A stretch of DNA of 64,000 nt, taken from positions 810,754 through 874,753 of the forward strand of contig CP129470.1 in assembly GCA_030583685.1 (NCBI GenBank). The letters run 5' to 3'. This document shows positions 25,895 to 35,340 of this stretch, piece after piece. The DNA comes from Candidatus Dojkabacteria bacterium. GTDB lineage: Bacteria; Patescibacteriota; Dojkabacteria; GCA-002793355. A program made the translations under genes and the position numbers. The notes below the pieces were generated by a model that saw only the letters and a program-made list of their open reading frames with translations, was not told where the DNA came from and searched no databases. Positions within the stretch are counted from its first letter, which is position 1; each line of letters begins with the position of its first letter.

Positions 25895-27649
25895 ATGAGC
25901 ACTGTCGATATTTCAAAATTACGCACCGCTGCAGCACATTTGCTCGCCCTTGCAGTGACTTCTTTATACAAAGATGCAAAGCTGGGTACGTTTGGAATTA
26001 CTGACCATGGTTTTTATTATGACATTGAGTTCGATGAACCAATCAGCTCTGATGAGCTTCCTGCTATTCAAGCTAAGATGCTTGAAATCGTCCTTGAAAA
26101 CGTCAAGTTTTCCCAAGAGAATAGATCGTACGATTCTGTGGTAAAAGAGTTTACGAGTAAAGAGCAACCTTATAAACGGGAACTTTTAGATGAGGTGGGG
26201 TCTCGTAAAGTGGAAATCACAATGATTGGAGGAAACGATGGGTTTATCGATTTAGCAGCAGGACCTGTTGTTGAATCGACCTCGCAGTTAGAACATTTGT
26301 GGCTATTAGATGTTTCTGGTGCATATTGGAAAGGTGATGATAAACGGTCAATGTTGACGAGAATTTCTGGTGCGTGTTTTGCCTCAGAAAAAGAACTAGA
26401 AGCCTTTCGGGAATATAGAGCTGAGCTTTTAAGAAGAGACCATCGAGTGATGGGAAAGAAACTCGGGTTTTACTCGGTTGATCCTGAAGTTGGTACGGGG
26501 CTCATTTTTTGGTCACCTCGCGGTCGATTTGTTCGAGATGCACTTGCGGGAATAATTAAACAACGAGTACTCCGTTTGGGTGCAGAGCTGGTTGAAACAC
26601 CTGTTTTAGCAAATGCAGAAAAAACAATTTTGATTACACAGCCACAATCTGAACAGGTGATTGCAAAAAGTACTCACGAAGATACAGAGCGATGGTATGC
26701 AGTTCGACAGCAAGTTGTTGGAGCGCACGTGCGAATGTTTTCTTGGAAAGAACGAAGTTATCGTGATTTACCTTGGAAAGTCGGAGAAATTGCAAAAGTT
26801 GTTCGCTACGAGAAAAGTGGTGAATTAGAAGGATTACATCGTTCTCGGGAGATTACGCAAGATACAACAACAATTGTGTGTACCCTAGAACAATTAGAAA
26901 AAGAATTAGAACTGCTCATCACGACGATTGTCGCCTTTGTCCGAGATCTTGGATTTACTGATTTCGAATTAGTATATCGACTTCCGGTTGCAACAACAAA
27001 ACAACAGAAACAGATACTTGCAGAAATTGAAACTAATGTGAAATCCATTTCTAAGAAATTGGCAATCTCGATTACCTTTGAAGCAGCTGAGCATCGTGTT
27101 ATTGCAGAACCTGAATTGGTAATGCGGGTAACCGATTCCCTGAAACAAAAACGTGAGTGGTCAAAAATACAGTTGCTTATGTCCTTGCCCATTGAGCAAC
27201 AAATTGAATATATGGGAAGCGACGGTGAGGTACATAATCCGGTCGTTATTCGTGCAACTATTGCAGGATCGTTAGAGCGAGTGATTGCAACGATGATTGA
27301 GCATTACGCGGGAGTACTCCCGTTGTGGTTGACCTACGAACATGCACGAGTAATTCCAGTAACGAGTAAACAAGAGCTGTATGCGGAGAAGGTCGCCAGA
27401 CAACTGCTTGAACGGGGGATTAGGGCAACCATCGATTCAGATGCAGAACCATTGGAAGGCAAAATTAAACAAGCAGAAGAGGAGAAAGTACCTTATATGC
27501 TTATTGTCGGTGAAAAAGAACAAACGACAAATGGAATTTCTGTCAGGGTTCAAGGACATGGCGATATTGGACTACTTGACATTGAAACGTTTATTCGAGA
27601 TATTCAAGGAGAAATTTCAAGTAAATCAATTAAATCTGCGCTCATATAA
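25895..27649 (+). CDS. thrS: threonyl-tRNA synthetase homologue (N2 editing-like, class II catalytic and anticodon-binding domains; no TGS domain); zinc-ligand positions appear substituted
   Basis: The architecture and many ThrRS blocks are present (..RDLPWKVGEIAKVVRYEKSGELEGLHRSREITQDTTTIV.., ..GSLERVIA.., and the anticodon-binding C-terminus). Where ThrRS has CHRNE / QDDAHIF / MIHRA, this protein has VVRYE / QDTTTIV / VIRAT. Confidence 0.8.
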   Translation: MSTVDISKLRTAAAHLLALAVTSLYKDAKLGTFGITDHGFYYDIEFDEPISSDELPAIQAKMLEIVLENVKFSQENRSYDSVVKEFTSKEQPYKRELLDEVGSRKVEITMIGGNDGFIDLAAGPVVESTSQLEHLWLLDVSGAYWKGDDKRSMLTRISGACFASEKELEAFREYRAELLRRDHRVMGKKLGFYSVDPEVGTGLIFWSPRGRFVRDALAGIIKQRVLRLGAELVETPVLANAEKTILITQPQSEQVIAKSTHEDTERWYAVRQQVVGAHVRMFSWKERSYRDLPWKVGEIAKVVRYEKSGELEGLHRSREITQDTTTIVCTLEQLEKELELLITTIVAFVRDLGFTDFELVYRLPVATTKQQKQILAEIETNVKSISKKLAISITFEAAEHRVIAEPELVMRVTDSLKQKREWSKIQLLMSLPIEQQIEYMGSDGEVHNPVVIRATIAGSLERVIATMIEHYAGVLPLWLTYEHARVIPVTSKQELYAEKVARQLLERGIRATIDSDAEPLEGKIKQAEEEKVPYMLIVGEKEQTTNGISVRVQGHGDIGLLDIETFIRDIQGEISSKSIKSALI

Positions 27650-28254
27650 TGAGAGATACACGATACCCTTATAACCCTCGCTTTGGAGGTGGAAGTACGT
27701 ATACCCGTACTGGTGGATACACACCACGACCTCGTCAACAAGTTTTTGATCCATTGGAAAGAGAGTTTCCTCGGAATCATGCAATTACCGCACAAGAAGT
27801 ACGAGTTATTGGTTCTGACGGTGAGAATCTCGGGGTTATGATGCGAGATGAAGCAATTTCTCGTGCAGAATCTGAAGAATTAGACCTCGTTATGATTGCT
27901 CCTCAGGCAAAACCTCCCGTTTGTAAAATTACCACATGGGAATCTTTCAAATATCAGCACAAAAAGAAAGAGAAGGAAATGAGGAAGCATTCAAAATCGA
28001 TTAAAGTAAAAGAAATTAAGGTAAGTCCCAAAATCGCTGGGAGCGATCTCGAAAGAAAAGTTGAAAAGATCCTTGAAATAACGGAGAAAGGTGATCAAGT
28101 AAAAATTACGATTATGAGAAGGTGGCCAGTGACTGAAGAAGCAGCCCGCAAATTCAAGGATGTTATGTTGACAAAAATTCAAGAATCCTGTACTATCATC
28201 AGCATTCAAGAAAAGGGTAAGAATATCTATATCTTGGTGAAATCTAATAAGTAG
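27649..28254 (+). CDS. infC: translation initiation factor IF-3
   Basis: ..AQEVRVIGSDGENLGVM..DLVMIAP.AKPPVCKI.. and the C-terminal domain KEIKVSPKI..DLERKV..GDQVKITIMRR. The ATG overlaps the thrS stop (TAATG). The ORF carries an unusual Gly/Arg/Tyr-rich N-terminal extension of about 30 aa, so the true start may be internal. Confidence 0.85.
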   Translation: MRDTRYPYNPRFGGGSTYTRTGGYTPRPRQQVFDPLEREFPRNHAITAQEVRVIGSDGENLGVMMRDEAISRAESEELDLVMIAPQAKPPVCKITTWESFKYQHKKKEKEMRKHSKSIKVKEIKVSPKIAGSDLERKVEKILEITEKGDQVKITIMRRWPVTEEAARKFKDVMLTKIQESCTIISIQEKGKNIYILVKSNK

Positions 28255-28261
28255 AATACTA

Positions 28262-28453
28262 ATGCCGAAACTAAAAACCAACAAAACATTAATGGCTCGA
28301 GTAAAGCTCACGCCAAATGGGAAGCTCGTCAGAAAGCGAGCATTTTCGGCACACCTTAGAAGCAAAAAATCTTCCTCAGCTCGAGCAAGAACTGCAGCGA
28401 AAAAGGTTGATTCTATTAAACGATATCCATGGAATAAACTGGTACAAGGATAA
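28262..28453 (+). CDS. rpmI: 50S ribosomal protein L35
   Basis: MPKLKTNKTLMARVKLTPNGKLVRKRAF.. and its position in the infC-rpmI-rplT operon. Confidence 0.8.
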   Translation: MPKLKTNKTLMARVKLTPNGKLVRKRAFSAHLRSKKSSSARARTAAKKVDSIKRYPWNKLVQG

Positions 28454-28455
28454 AT

Positions 28456-28794
28456 ATGCGAGTAAAAAGCGGAACAGTAACAGCACGGCGACACAAGAAA
28501 ATTCTCAAACGAGCGAAAGGCTACCGTTTGTCGCATAGCAAGAATGTCAGAAAAGCAATTGAAACACTCCTTCATGCACGACAATATTCGTATGTTGCGC
28601 GTAAGAAGCGACCTGGTCAATTTAAGAAGTTGTGGATTCAAAGAATTGGACTTGCACTCGAAGAGTTTGGAATGAGTTATTCCAAATTTATGGCAAACCT
28701 AAAAACCGCGAAGGTTGAACTTAACAGAAAAATGCTAGCGGAATTAGCTGTTAAGCAACCGGAGATCTTTAAAAAGATCGCGAAATTAGGTTAG
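28456..28794 (+). CDS. rplT: 50S ribosomal protein L20
   Basis: MRVKSGTVTARRHKKILKRAKGYRLSHSKNVRKA.. Confidence 0.9.
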   Translation: MRVKSGTVTARRHKKILKRAKGYRLSHSKNVRKAIETLLHARQYSYVARKKRPGQFKKLWIQRIGLALEEFGMSYSKFMANLKTAKVELNRKMLAELAVKQPEIFKKIAKLG

Positions 28795-28805
28795 TCATAT
28801 GATTC

Positions 28806-29870
28806 ATGGCAATAAACAAAATTGAGCGAGTACTGCGTGATCAGGTTACTCAACTGACACAAAAACTTTCAAAAATTACTCAAGCTGAAGAAATTTATCC
28901 GTTGCGGTCCCTTTATACGGGAAAGGAGAGTGAATTACAAAAAGCATTAGGATTGCTTAAAGATTTGCCCAAAGAAGAACGTCCAACTGCTGGCTCCCTT
29001 ATTAATGCAACTAAACGTGAGCTTGAGCAGGCAATTTCCGAGAAATTAACGAAGCTTTTGTCTGAAGAACTTGCTGCACAAGATGCGGTACGAGATATTG
29101 ATGTGACGGCGCCTTTTCACGTGAATATGCCAGATGTTCCAAAATTACCGAGAGTTGGTTCGTTGCACCCACTCCAGCACGAAATTAACCGAATGTTAAC
29201 GATTTTTACGACAATGGGGTTTACGCCATTTGAAGGGAGAGAAGTTGATTCAGATTATTATGTGTTTGATTCTCTCAACATGCCTAAGGAGCACCCTGCT
29301 CGCCAGAATTGGGATACATTCCGAACCGAGGACAATCTGATTCCGACCCCACACACCTCTAACATGCAGGTTCGCGTGATGCGAAAAATGAAGACAGCGC
29401 CATTACGTGCCGTAATTTATGGTCGCGTTTCTCGAAATGAAGCCATTGATGCGGTCCATGGGCACACATTTTATCAAATTGAAGGACTGTATATTGATAA
29501 GGGAGTTAGTATTAGCAATATGATTGCCACAATAAATGCCTTTGTAGAGGCATTTTTCGGGCGAAAAGTTACGGGAAAGGTCCAGCCGGGATATTTTCCT
29601 TTTGTTGAACCTGGAATTGAGTATATGGGGCAATGTCCCTTCTGTGAAGGCGCTGGATGTGGTTCCTGTAAGCATACAGGGTGGCTCGAGTTGGTTGGAG
29701 CAGGGATGATTCATCCGAGCGTTTTACGCGAAGGTGGATTTGACCCAGCAGTGTATAGCGGTTTTGCGTGGGGATTAGGGCTTGATAGAATGGTCATGCA
29801 ACGGAATGGCATCCAAGATATTCGCTCTCTCTTTTCAAGTGATATAAGATTTCTGAGCTCAGCAGTATGA
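28806..29870 (+). CDS. pheS: phenylalanyl-tRNA synthetase alpha subunit
   Basis: HPARQNWDTF, FRTEDNLIPTPHTS and class II motifs. Confidence 0.9.
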   Translation: MAINKIERVLRDQVTQLTQKLSKITQAEEIYPLRSLYTGKESELQKALGLLKDLPKEERPTAGSLINATKRELEQAISEKLTKLLSEELAAQDAVRDIDVTAPFHVNMPDVPKLPRVGSLHPLQHEINRMLTIFTTMGFTPFEGREVDSDYYVFDSLNMPKEHPARQNWDTFRTEDNLIPTPHTSNMQVRVMRKMKTAPLRAVIYGRVSRNEAIDAVHGHTFYQIEGLYIDKGVSISNMIATINAFVEAFFGRKVTGKVQPGYFPFVEPGIEYMGQCPFCEGAGCGSCKHTGWLELVGAGMIHPSVLREGGFDPAVYSGFAWGLGLDRMVMQRNGIQDIRSLFSSDIRFLSSAV

Positions 29871-32440
29871 AATACTCACTCACACAGATCAAAAAATACA
29901 TCCCAGAACTTGTCACAATTCCTACTGATGAATTGATCACTCGAATTTGGGGGTCGATTGCTGAGGTTGAGAGCGTGGTCGATTATAAAAAGAAATTTGA
30001 AGGGATTGTGGTTGCAAAAGTGCTGTCAGTTGAGGAACATCCTCGGTCATCAAAATTAGTTGTAGCAACCGTTGATTGTGGTGCTTCAGAACCGGTAACT
30101 GTGGTTACTGGCGCAAAGAACTTTGCAGTTGGTGATTTCGTTCCCTATCTTTCAGTTGGTGCAACTGTCCCTGCAATGACGGATGAGCAGGGAAATCCTT
30201 TAGAAATCGAAATAAGAACGATGGTTGGCATTCCTTCTGTTGGTATGTTGGCAAGCGAACGAGAACTGGGATTGAGTGACGATCATAGCGGAATTATGAT
30301 TCTGCGCCCTGAGGAAGTACGCTTTGACCTTGTCCCTGGGGCAGCACTTTCCTCGGTACTTGAATATGATGACGTCATTTTTGAGATTGAGAATAAATCA
30401 TTAACGCACCGTGGAGATTGTTTTTCTAATGCAGGAATAGCACGTGAAATTGCAACTTTGTATAACCTGCCTGTCACGATTCCTGAATGGCAACTTCCCT
30501 CACAGCAAACTGCAGATTTACTTGGTAAAGAGTTTGATAAGGAATTGCCATGCAAAATTTCAATCAAGTTATCTGCATTATCAGCAGTGGAAAGGTATTC
30601 AGCTATAGTGCTTGATGGTGTGCAAGTTCGTCCCTCACCGCTTTGGTTACGAGCTTATTTAACAAAACACGGTATTAATCCGGTCAATAATGTCGTTGAT
30701 GTTACTAACTATGTGATGCTTGAATATGGTCAGCCAATGCACGCTTTTGATGCATCGACCGTATTGCACAAGACAAGAGATGAAAAAGTGGACTTCCAAA
30801 TTGACGTCAGATTTTCCGAAGGTGGAGAAAAATTAGAAACACTCGATGGAAAAGTAAGAACTCTAGGACAGAACGTAACATTGATTACTGACACACAAGA
30901 ACCTCTTGCGCTTGCAGGAATAATCGGCGGGAAAGCATCAGGAATTACTGCTGACTCAACAAGAATTATTCTAGAATCTGCGGTATTCAATAAATATGCA
31001 ATTCGAAACGCAAGCATGGCATTGGGGGTTACCACAGATGCCTCAATTTTGTTCTCCCGAAAACAAGATCCAGAAAAAACAGTCAGAGCGTTATTGCGCG
31101 CAGTACATTTATTACAAGAACTGGCAAGCGCTCAGGTTGTTTCACCAATAGCTGATGACTATCCTCCGCAAAAATTATCAACAACAATTGTCGTTTCTCA
31201 TGAAAAATTAGAGGAATTCCTTGGTATTGCACTGTCGGTGGGAAATGTAGAACAGATCCTTACGGGGCTCGGGTGTGAGGTGCAACGAAAAAACGGGATG
31301 TATAGAATTGACACTCCCTCTTGGCGGCCAGATCTTGCAATTGACGAAGATATTTATGAAGAAATCGCCCGCATGGTAGAGTATAAAAATATTACTCCTG
31401 AATTACCCAAAAGAGGAATTTTTGGCGTTTCTTTGGATTCTTACGAACAGGTGAAGCAAACAATTCTCTCTGTGTTGACAGGAATAGGATACAGCCAAGG
31501 TATGAACTTTAGTTTTGTGAGTAAAGATCAGTACTCGTTGTGTCGAGTATCACTTGATGATGCTCAAAAAATTTCTAATGCAATTTCACCTGATGTCCAG
31601 TATATGAGAAAGCATGTATTGCCCGGTCTCTTCAGTCAGTTAACGAAAAATCAGTATAACGCACCTCTTTTCGGAATTTTTGAAATTGGAAAAACGTCTC
31701 GTCGTACCATGCGATATACTGGTGCACCTGTCGAAGAATTGCATATGCCTGAATCCTCTTTCGGCATTGATGAGTTGGGTTTGCCTATAGAAGACGAGCA
31801 TCTCTCGCTCGGTATTATCGATGATTCAAAACAACCAGGGTATTTTACGTTGAAGCATTCTATTGAGACGCTTGCAGCACGTTTGCGTATGACTGTATCA
31901 TTCTTGCATCCTTCCTCACTTTCGGCAAAGGAAAAGAAAGCACTTCCCGTTTGGTTAGTTGAACTGCTTTCGTTTTATCGCGAAGGGCGGGTTGCTCTCA
32001 TTTATGCTGGTGACCAAGAGGTATTGGGTGTCATAGGAGAGCCAAAGTCTGCCATTCTAACCGATGCCGGAATTACCAAGCAAATTGCACTTGCAGAGGT
32101 GAGTTTGCCAAAATTAAGTCGGTTTGCAACACTTGATCCTGTATATACCGAACCATCAAGATATCCAACAGTTACGGAAGATTATTGTTTCGAAGTACCT
32201 GTGTCTGTAGCGTATTCGTCTATCATTCAGAAAATCGAGAAGGCAGCACTTCTTTACAAAGCTGAAGTTACTGTTTCTTTGCGACCTCGTGATATTTTCC
32301 AAAAGAAAGAAGAAACGAAGCAGGTCACTGTAAGTGTTACCTACATGCCACTGAAGCAATCACTCTCTGAGAGAGAAGTACAAATGTATAGAAACTCACT
32401 CGTTTTCTCTGTTCAAGAAGTCGGTGGGAAATTGGTATAA
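29867..32440 (+). CDS. pheT: phenylalanyl-tRNA synthetase beta subunit
   Basis: N-terminal tRNA-binding OB domain, B3/4 and B5 domains, and a 4-nt overlap with pheS. Confidence 0.9.
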   Translation: MKYSLTQIKKYIPELVTIPTDELITRIWGSIAEVESVVDYKKKFEGIVVAKVLSVEEHPRSSKLVVATVDCGASEPVTVVTGAKNFAVGDFVPYLSVGATVPAMTDEQGNPLEIEIRTMVGIPSVGMLASERELGLSDDHSGIMILRPEEVRFDLVPGAALSSVLEYDDVIFEIENKSLTHRGDCFSNAGIAREIATLYNLPVTIPEWQLPSQQTADLLGKEFDKELPCKISIKLSALSAVERYSAIVLDGVQVRPSPLWLRAYLTKHGINPVNNVVDVTNYVMLEYGQPMHAFDASTVLHKTRDEKVDFQIDVRFSEGGEKLETLDGKVRTLGQNVTLITDTQEPLALAGIIGGKASGITADSTRIILESAVFNKYAIRNASMALGVTTDASILFSRKQDPEKTVRALLRAVHLLQELASAQVVSPIADDYPPQKLSTTIVVSHEKLEEFLGIALSVGNVEQILTGLGCEVQRKNGMYRIDTPSWRPDLAIDEDIYEEIARMVEYKNITPELPKRGIFGVSLDSYEQVKQTILSVLTGIGYSQGMNFSFVSKDQYSLCRVSLDDAQKISNAISPDVQYMRKHVLPGLFSQLTKNQYNAPLFGIFEIGKTSRRTMRYTGAPVEELHMPESSFGIDELGLPIEDEHLSLGIIDDSKQPGYFTLKHSIETLAARLRMTVSFLHPSSLSAKEKKALPVWLVELLSFYREGRVALIYAGDQEVLGVIGEPKSAILTDAGITKQIALAEVSLPKLSRFATLDPVYTEPSRYPTVTEDYCFEVPVSVAYSSIIQKIEKAALLYKAEVTVSLRPRDIFQKKEETKQVTVSVTYMPLKQSLSEREVQMYRNSLVFSVQEVGGKLV

Positions 32441-32451
32441 TTTCCGGATTG

Positions 32452-35091
32452 TTATGGTCCCGATGGGGTGACGGTTGGGAGTATTACGGTGATATTTCTG
32501 GTAGCAGTTCCAATTCTTGCCGAATTGTCAGTCGCCTTGGCAGTAATGGTCAAAGTGCCTGGAGATGCCGTTAAGGGGACTTTACACCCAATGCAGGTAT
32601 ATTTCCCGTCTGCAAATACGCTTGGATAGGTGTCAGTTCCTATCGTAAACACAACAGTTGCAATCCCATCGACAGAAGATGCGGTAACAGAAGCTGCAAT
32701 CGCTTGATTCGGAATGTAGGTAGTTCCCTCATTTGGGGTAACAAACGCAATTGTGACATCTGGGATACAGGGGGCTTCATCGGGACGATTTTTCCAAAGC
32801 TTGTATTTGAGAGTTTCGGTCACATACTTATCATAAGCAGCTTGTTGTGCTGAGTTAGGCAATTTAAAGTCGAGATACAGTGTATCCTTAACAAGTCCAG
32901 CTGCTCGTGCTTCGGCTTCATTTGAAGGGATTTTGCCGGTTTTAGTACAAATGGGAAGTTTTTTATGTGCATTGTCTGCAGGTGGTCCTTTTCCTCTAAT
33001 GATGGGAGTTGAGAACTTCTTACAATCAACATCTCCTGTTGCGCCGAGTCCTGTATCGGTACAGACTGCTGTGAACGTAACCCCTGATGGTTGAGTATAG
33101 AATTCTTTCCCATATTTTGGCACTAATCGTTTCATAATGTTGTTCGCGACAATAATTGGAACATTTTCTGACCATCCAGTCGTTCTATCTCCATTATTAT
33201 TCCCATTCCATACGCCAACAGTTAAGCGAGGATAGTAGAGGAGTGTGACCAAATCTTTCTGATCGTTGGTCGTTCCTGTTTTTCCACAGAGGGTTTGCCC
33301 GGCCGCTGCGTAATATTGAGGAACGTGTTTATCTCTGTCACCACCAATCATACACATAACCCAGTTAAGGAGATACACTTCTTCTTCAGTATACACGCGC
33401 TTTGCTGTGGCTTGAGGATTTGATTTAAACAACTCGTTGTCTTTGGAATCAGTTATTCGAAGAATTGTTGTGATATCATGTTTCACCCCTTTATTTGCGA
33501 AAGTTGCAAATGCATTTGTATGTTCGATGAGTTTCATGTCACCTGCACCCAAGGTAAGGGAAAGCCCATATCGTTCTTTTTGTGTGAGTGTTGTAATGCC
33601 AAGTTTCTCAGCAGCTTCAAGGAATACTTCAGTTCCGCCAATTAGTTGTAGGGTGTAAACAGCAGGAAGATTTCGTGATTGGTTGAGTGCTCGTCTCATA
33701 GTCATGAGCCCATCATAGCGAAAGTTCCAGTTTTCGGGTCGATATGCACCGAAGGTCATTTTAATATCAGGAGCGAGTGTTCCTGGGTTGTACCCTCGGT
33801 GAAATGCCTCTAAGTAGGTGTACGGTTTGACGGAAGAACCCATTTGTCTCGGCATTACTGCAACATTAACCTTACCATCTATACGTTTATCTTTGGTGTT
33901 ATTGTAGTCAACAGAACCAACCATTGCGAGTATCTCACCGTTCTTAGGGTTGTTAATAACTACAGAACCATTGTGAACTTTGTATCGATTCCGTACATTA
34001 TTGATGTGTTTTCGGAGTTCTTCCTCTGCAATCTTTTGTGTCTCTAAGTCAAGCGTCGTGTAAACACGTAAACCTCCGGCGCGTACCGCATCTGAACCAT
34101 ATTGCTGTTCGAGAAGCTGAATTACATAAAAGACAAAATGAGGAGCTGTGATATCAACCTTCCCTGGGGTGATAACGATTTCTTCCGCTTTTGCCGCTTC
34201 AATTTCTTCTGGAGTGACGCCGGTTTTGTCGCGGTGCTTCAACATATTGTCGAGAACAATATTTCTAAAAAAGATGATTTCTTCGAATTTAGCGTTATAT
34301 AAGCTATTACTATAATATCCTGGAGCTCGAACAACGACTGATAACATTGCACTTTCTGCAAGTGTCAGTTTGCTAATATCCTTATTAAAGTACGCTTTTG
34401 AGGCAGTCTGGAAACCATACACAGGTCCTCCGAGGGGGACTTCATTCATGTACAACTCTAAAATTTGATCTTTGGTGAGTTTGCTTTCAAGCTGAAATGC
34501 TACGAGCATTTCCTTTAGTTTTCGATTGAGGTCTCTGTTATATGCATCACTACCGAGGACTTTGAAGAGCACCGTATTTCGAGCGAGTTGTTGCGTGATC
34601 GTACTTGCTCCTCGAGAACGTTGTGTGCCTGAACGAATATAATCGACACCAGCAGAAATGATTCCAATAATATCAATTCCTTTGTGTTCGTAGAACTCTA
34701 CATCCTCGGCCGCAAGCAAGGCCCACTGTGTTTTTTCAGGAATATTTTCTAAAGCGACAAATTCTCTGTTGATATCTCCATAAACGGTATATAACAACTT
34801 ACCATTTCTATCAAAAATTTTTGTACTTTGTTCTAAGTCTTGTGTTGCCAACTTACCTGCATCGGGAAGTGATGCGTTGATAGTCCCGATGTATCCAGTA
34901 ACCAATACAGCTCCGACAATGCCAGAAAGAACGAATATTCCAAATATAATTCCAAGTATCGTCAGGAACACTTTCTTTCCTGTGTTTTGCCCTTTCTTGC
35001 GAGCCTTGGCTCCTTTTTGCGCCGCTTTCACCGCAACAAATTGAAAAGATTTCGGTTGTCTTGATTGTGAGTGTAACCGTAGTCTATTCAT
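32452..35091 (-). CDS. class A penicillin-binding protein (glycosyltransferase plus transpeptidase) with a C-terminal Ig-like extension
   Basis: GT51 motifs EDVEFYEHKGID and RGASTITQQLARN. Transpeptidase SSVKP (SxxK), SRN (SxN) and KTGTT (KTG). The C-terminal approximately 150 aa are beta-rich and Ig-like. Confidence 0.9.
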   Translation of the reverse strand: MNRLRLHSQSRQPKSFQFVAVKAAQKGAKARKKGQNTGKKVFLTILGIIFGIFVLSGIVGAVLVTGYIGTINASLPDAGKLATQDLEQSTKIFDRNGKLLYTVYGDINREFVALENIPEKTQWALLAAEDVEFYEHKGIDIIGIISAGVDYIRSGTQRSRGASTITQQLARNTVLFKVLGSDAYNRDLNRKLKEMLVAFQLESKLTKDQILELYMNEVPLGGPVYGFQTASKAYFNKDISKLTLAESAMLSVVVRAPGYYSNSLYNAKFEEIIFFRNIVLDNMLKHRDKTGVTPEEIEAAKAEEIVITPGKVDITAPHFVFYVIQLLEQQYGSDAVRAGGLRVYTTLDLETQKIAEEELRKHINNVRNRYKVHNGSVVINNPKNGEILAMVGSVDYNNTKDKRIDGKVNVAVMPRQMGSSVKPYTYLEAFHRGYNPGTLAPDIKMTFGAYRPENWNFRYDGLMTMRRALNQSRNLPAVYTLQLIGGTEVFLEAAEKLGITTLTQKERYGLSLTLGAGDMKLIEHTNAFATFANKGVKHDITTILRITDSKDNELFKSNPQATAKRVYTEEEVYLLNWVMCMIGGDRDKHVPQYYAAAGQTLCGKTGTTNDQKDLVTLLYYPRLTVGVWNGNNNGDRTTGWSENVPIIVANNIMKRLVPKYGKEFYTQPSGVTFTAVCTDTGLGATGDVDCKKFSTPIIRGKGPPADNAHKKLPICTKTGKIPSNEAEARAAGLVKDTLYLDFKLPNSAQQAAYDKYVTETLKYKLWKNRPDEAPCIPDVTIAFVTPNEGTTYIPNQAIAASVTASSVDGIATVVFTIGTDTYPSVFADGKYTCIGCKVPLTASPGTLTITAKATDNSARIGTATRNITVILPTVTPSGP

Positions 35092-35124
35092 GTGTTCCTA
35101 ATAATACACGAAGTAATTCCCGCA

Positions 35125-35133
35125 TGCTATAAT
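35125..35133 (+). promoter_or_regulatory. extended -10 element (TGcTATAAT)
   Basis: Ends 6 nt before ATG 35140, implying a leaderless transcript for the small membrane ORF and probably recG. Confidence 0.4.
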
Positions 35134-35139
35134 GGTACT

Positions 35140-35337
35140 ATGAATTTGCCAATCAGCAAAGACCTAGCAAAGCCCTCCGCAAAGGAGCTTCGTCTACAAA
35201 AGGAGCGTCGATCACAACTTTTTCACCAAGTGATGAACGGATTAAAAAAAGGCATTGTGAAAACCTTTATCATTTTATTCGTCATCTCAGTAATTTTTTC
35301 CATGGTGGCAATCCCACTACTCTTGGTGTTTGGATAA
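35140..35337 (+). CDS. small tail-anchored membrane protein (65 aa)
   Basis: Basic N-terminus plus one C-terminal TM (VKTFIILFVISVIFSMVAIPLLLVFG). Start moved from 35092, which would abut the divergent PBP start, to ATG 35140 downstream of the -10 element. Confidence 0.4.
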   Translation: MNLPISKDLAKPSAKELRLQKERRSQLFHQVMNGLKKGIVKTFIILFVISVIFSMVAIPLLLVFG

Positions 35338-35340
35338 AGT

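Noticed and set aside
28317-28538. Alternative-frame 73-aa ORF across rpmI/rplT
   Set aside because: It overlaps two well-recognised ribosomal protein genes in another frame.
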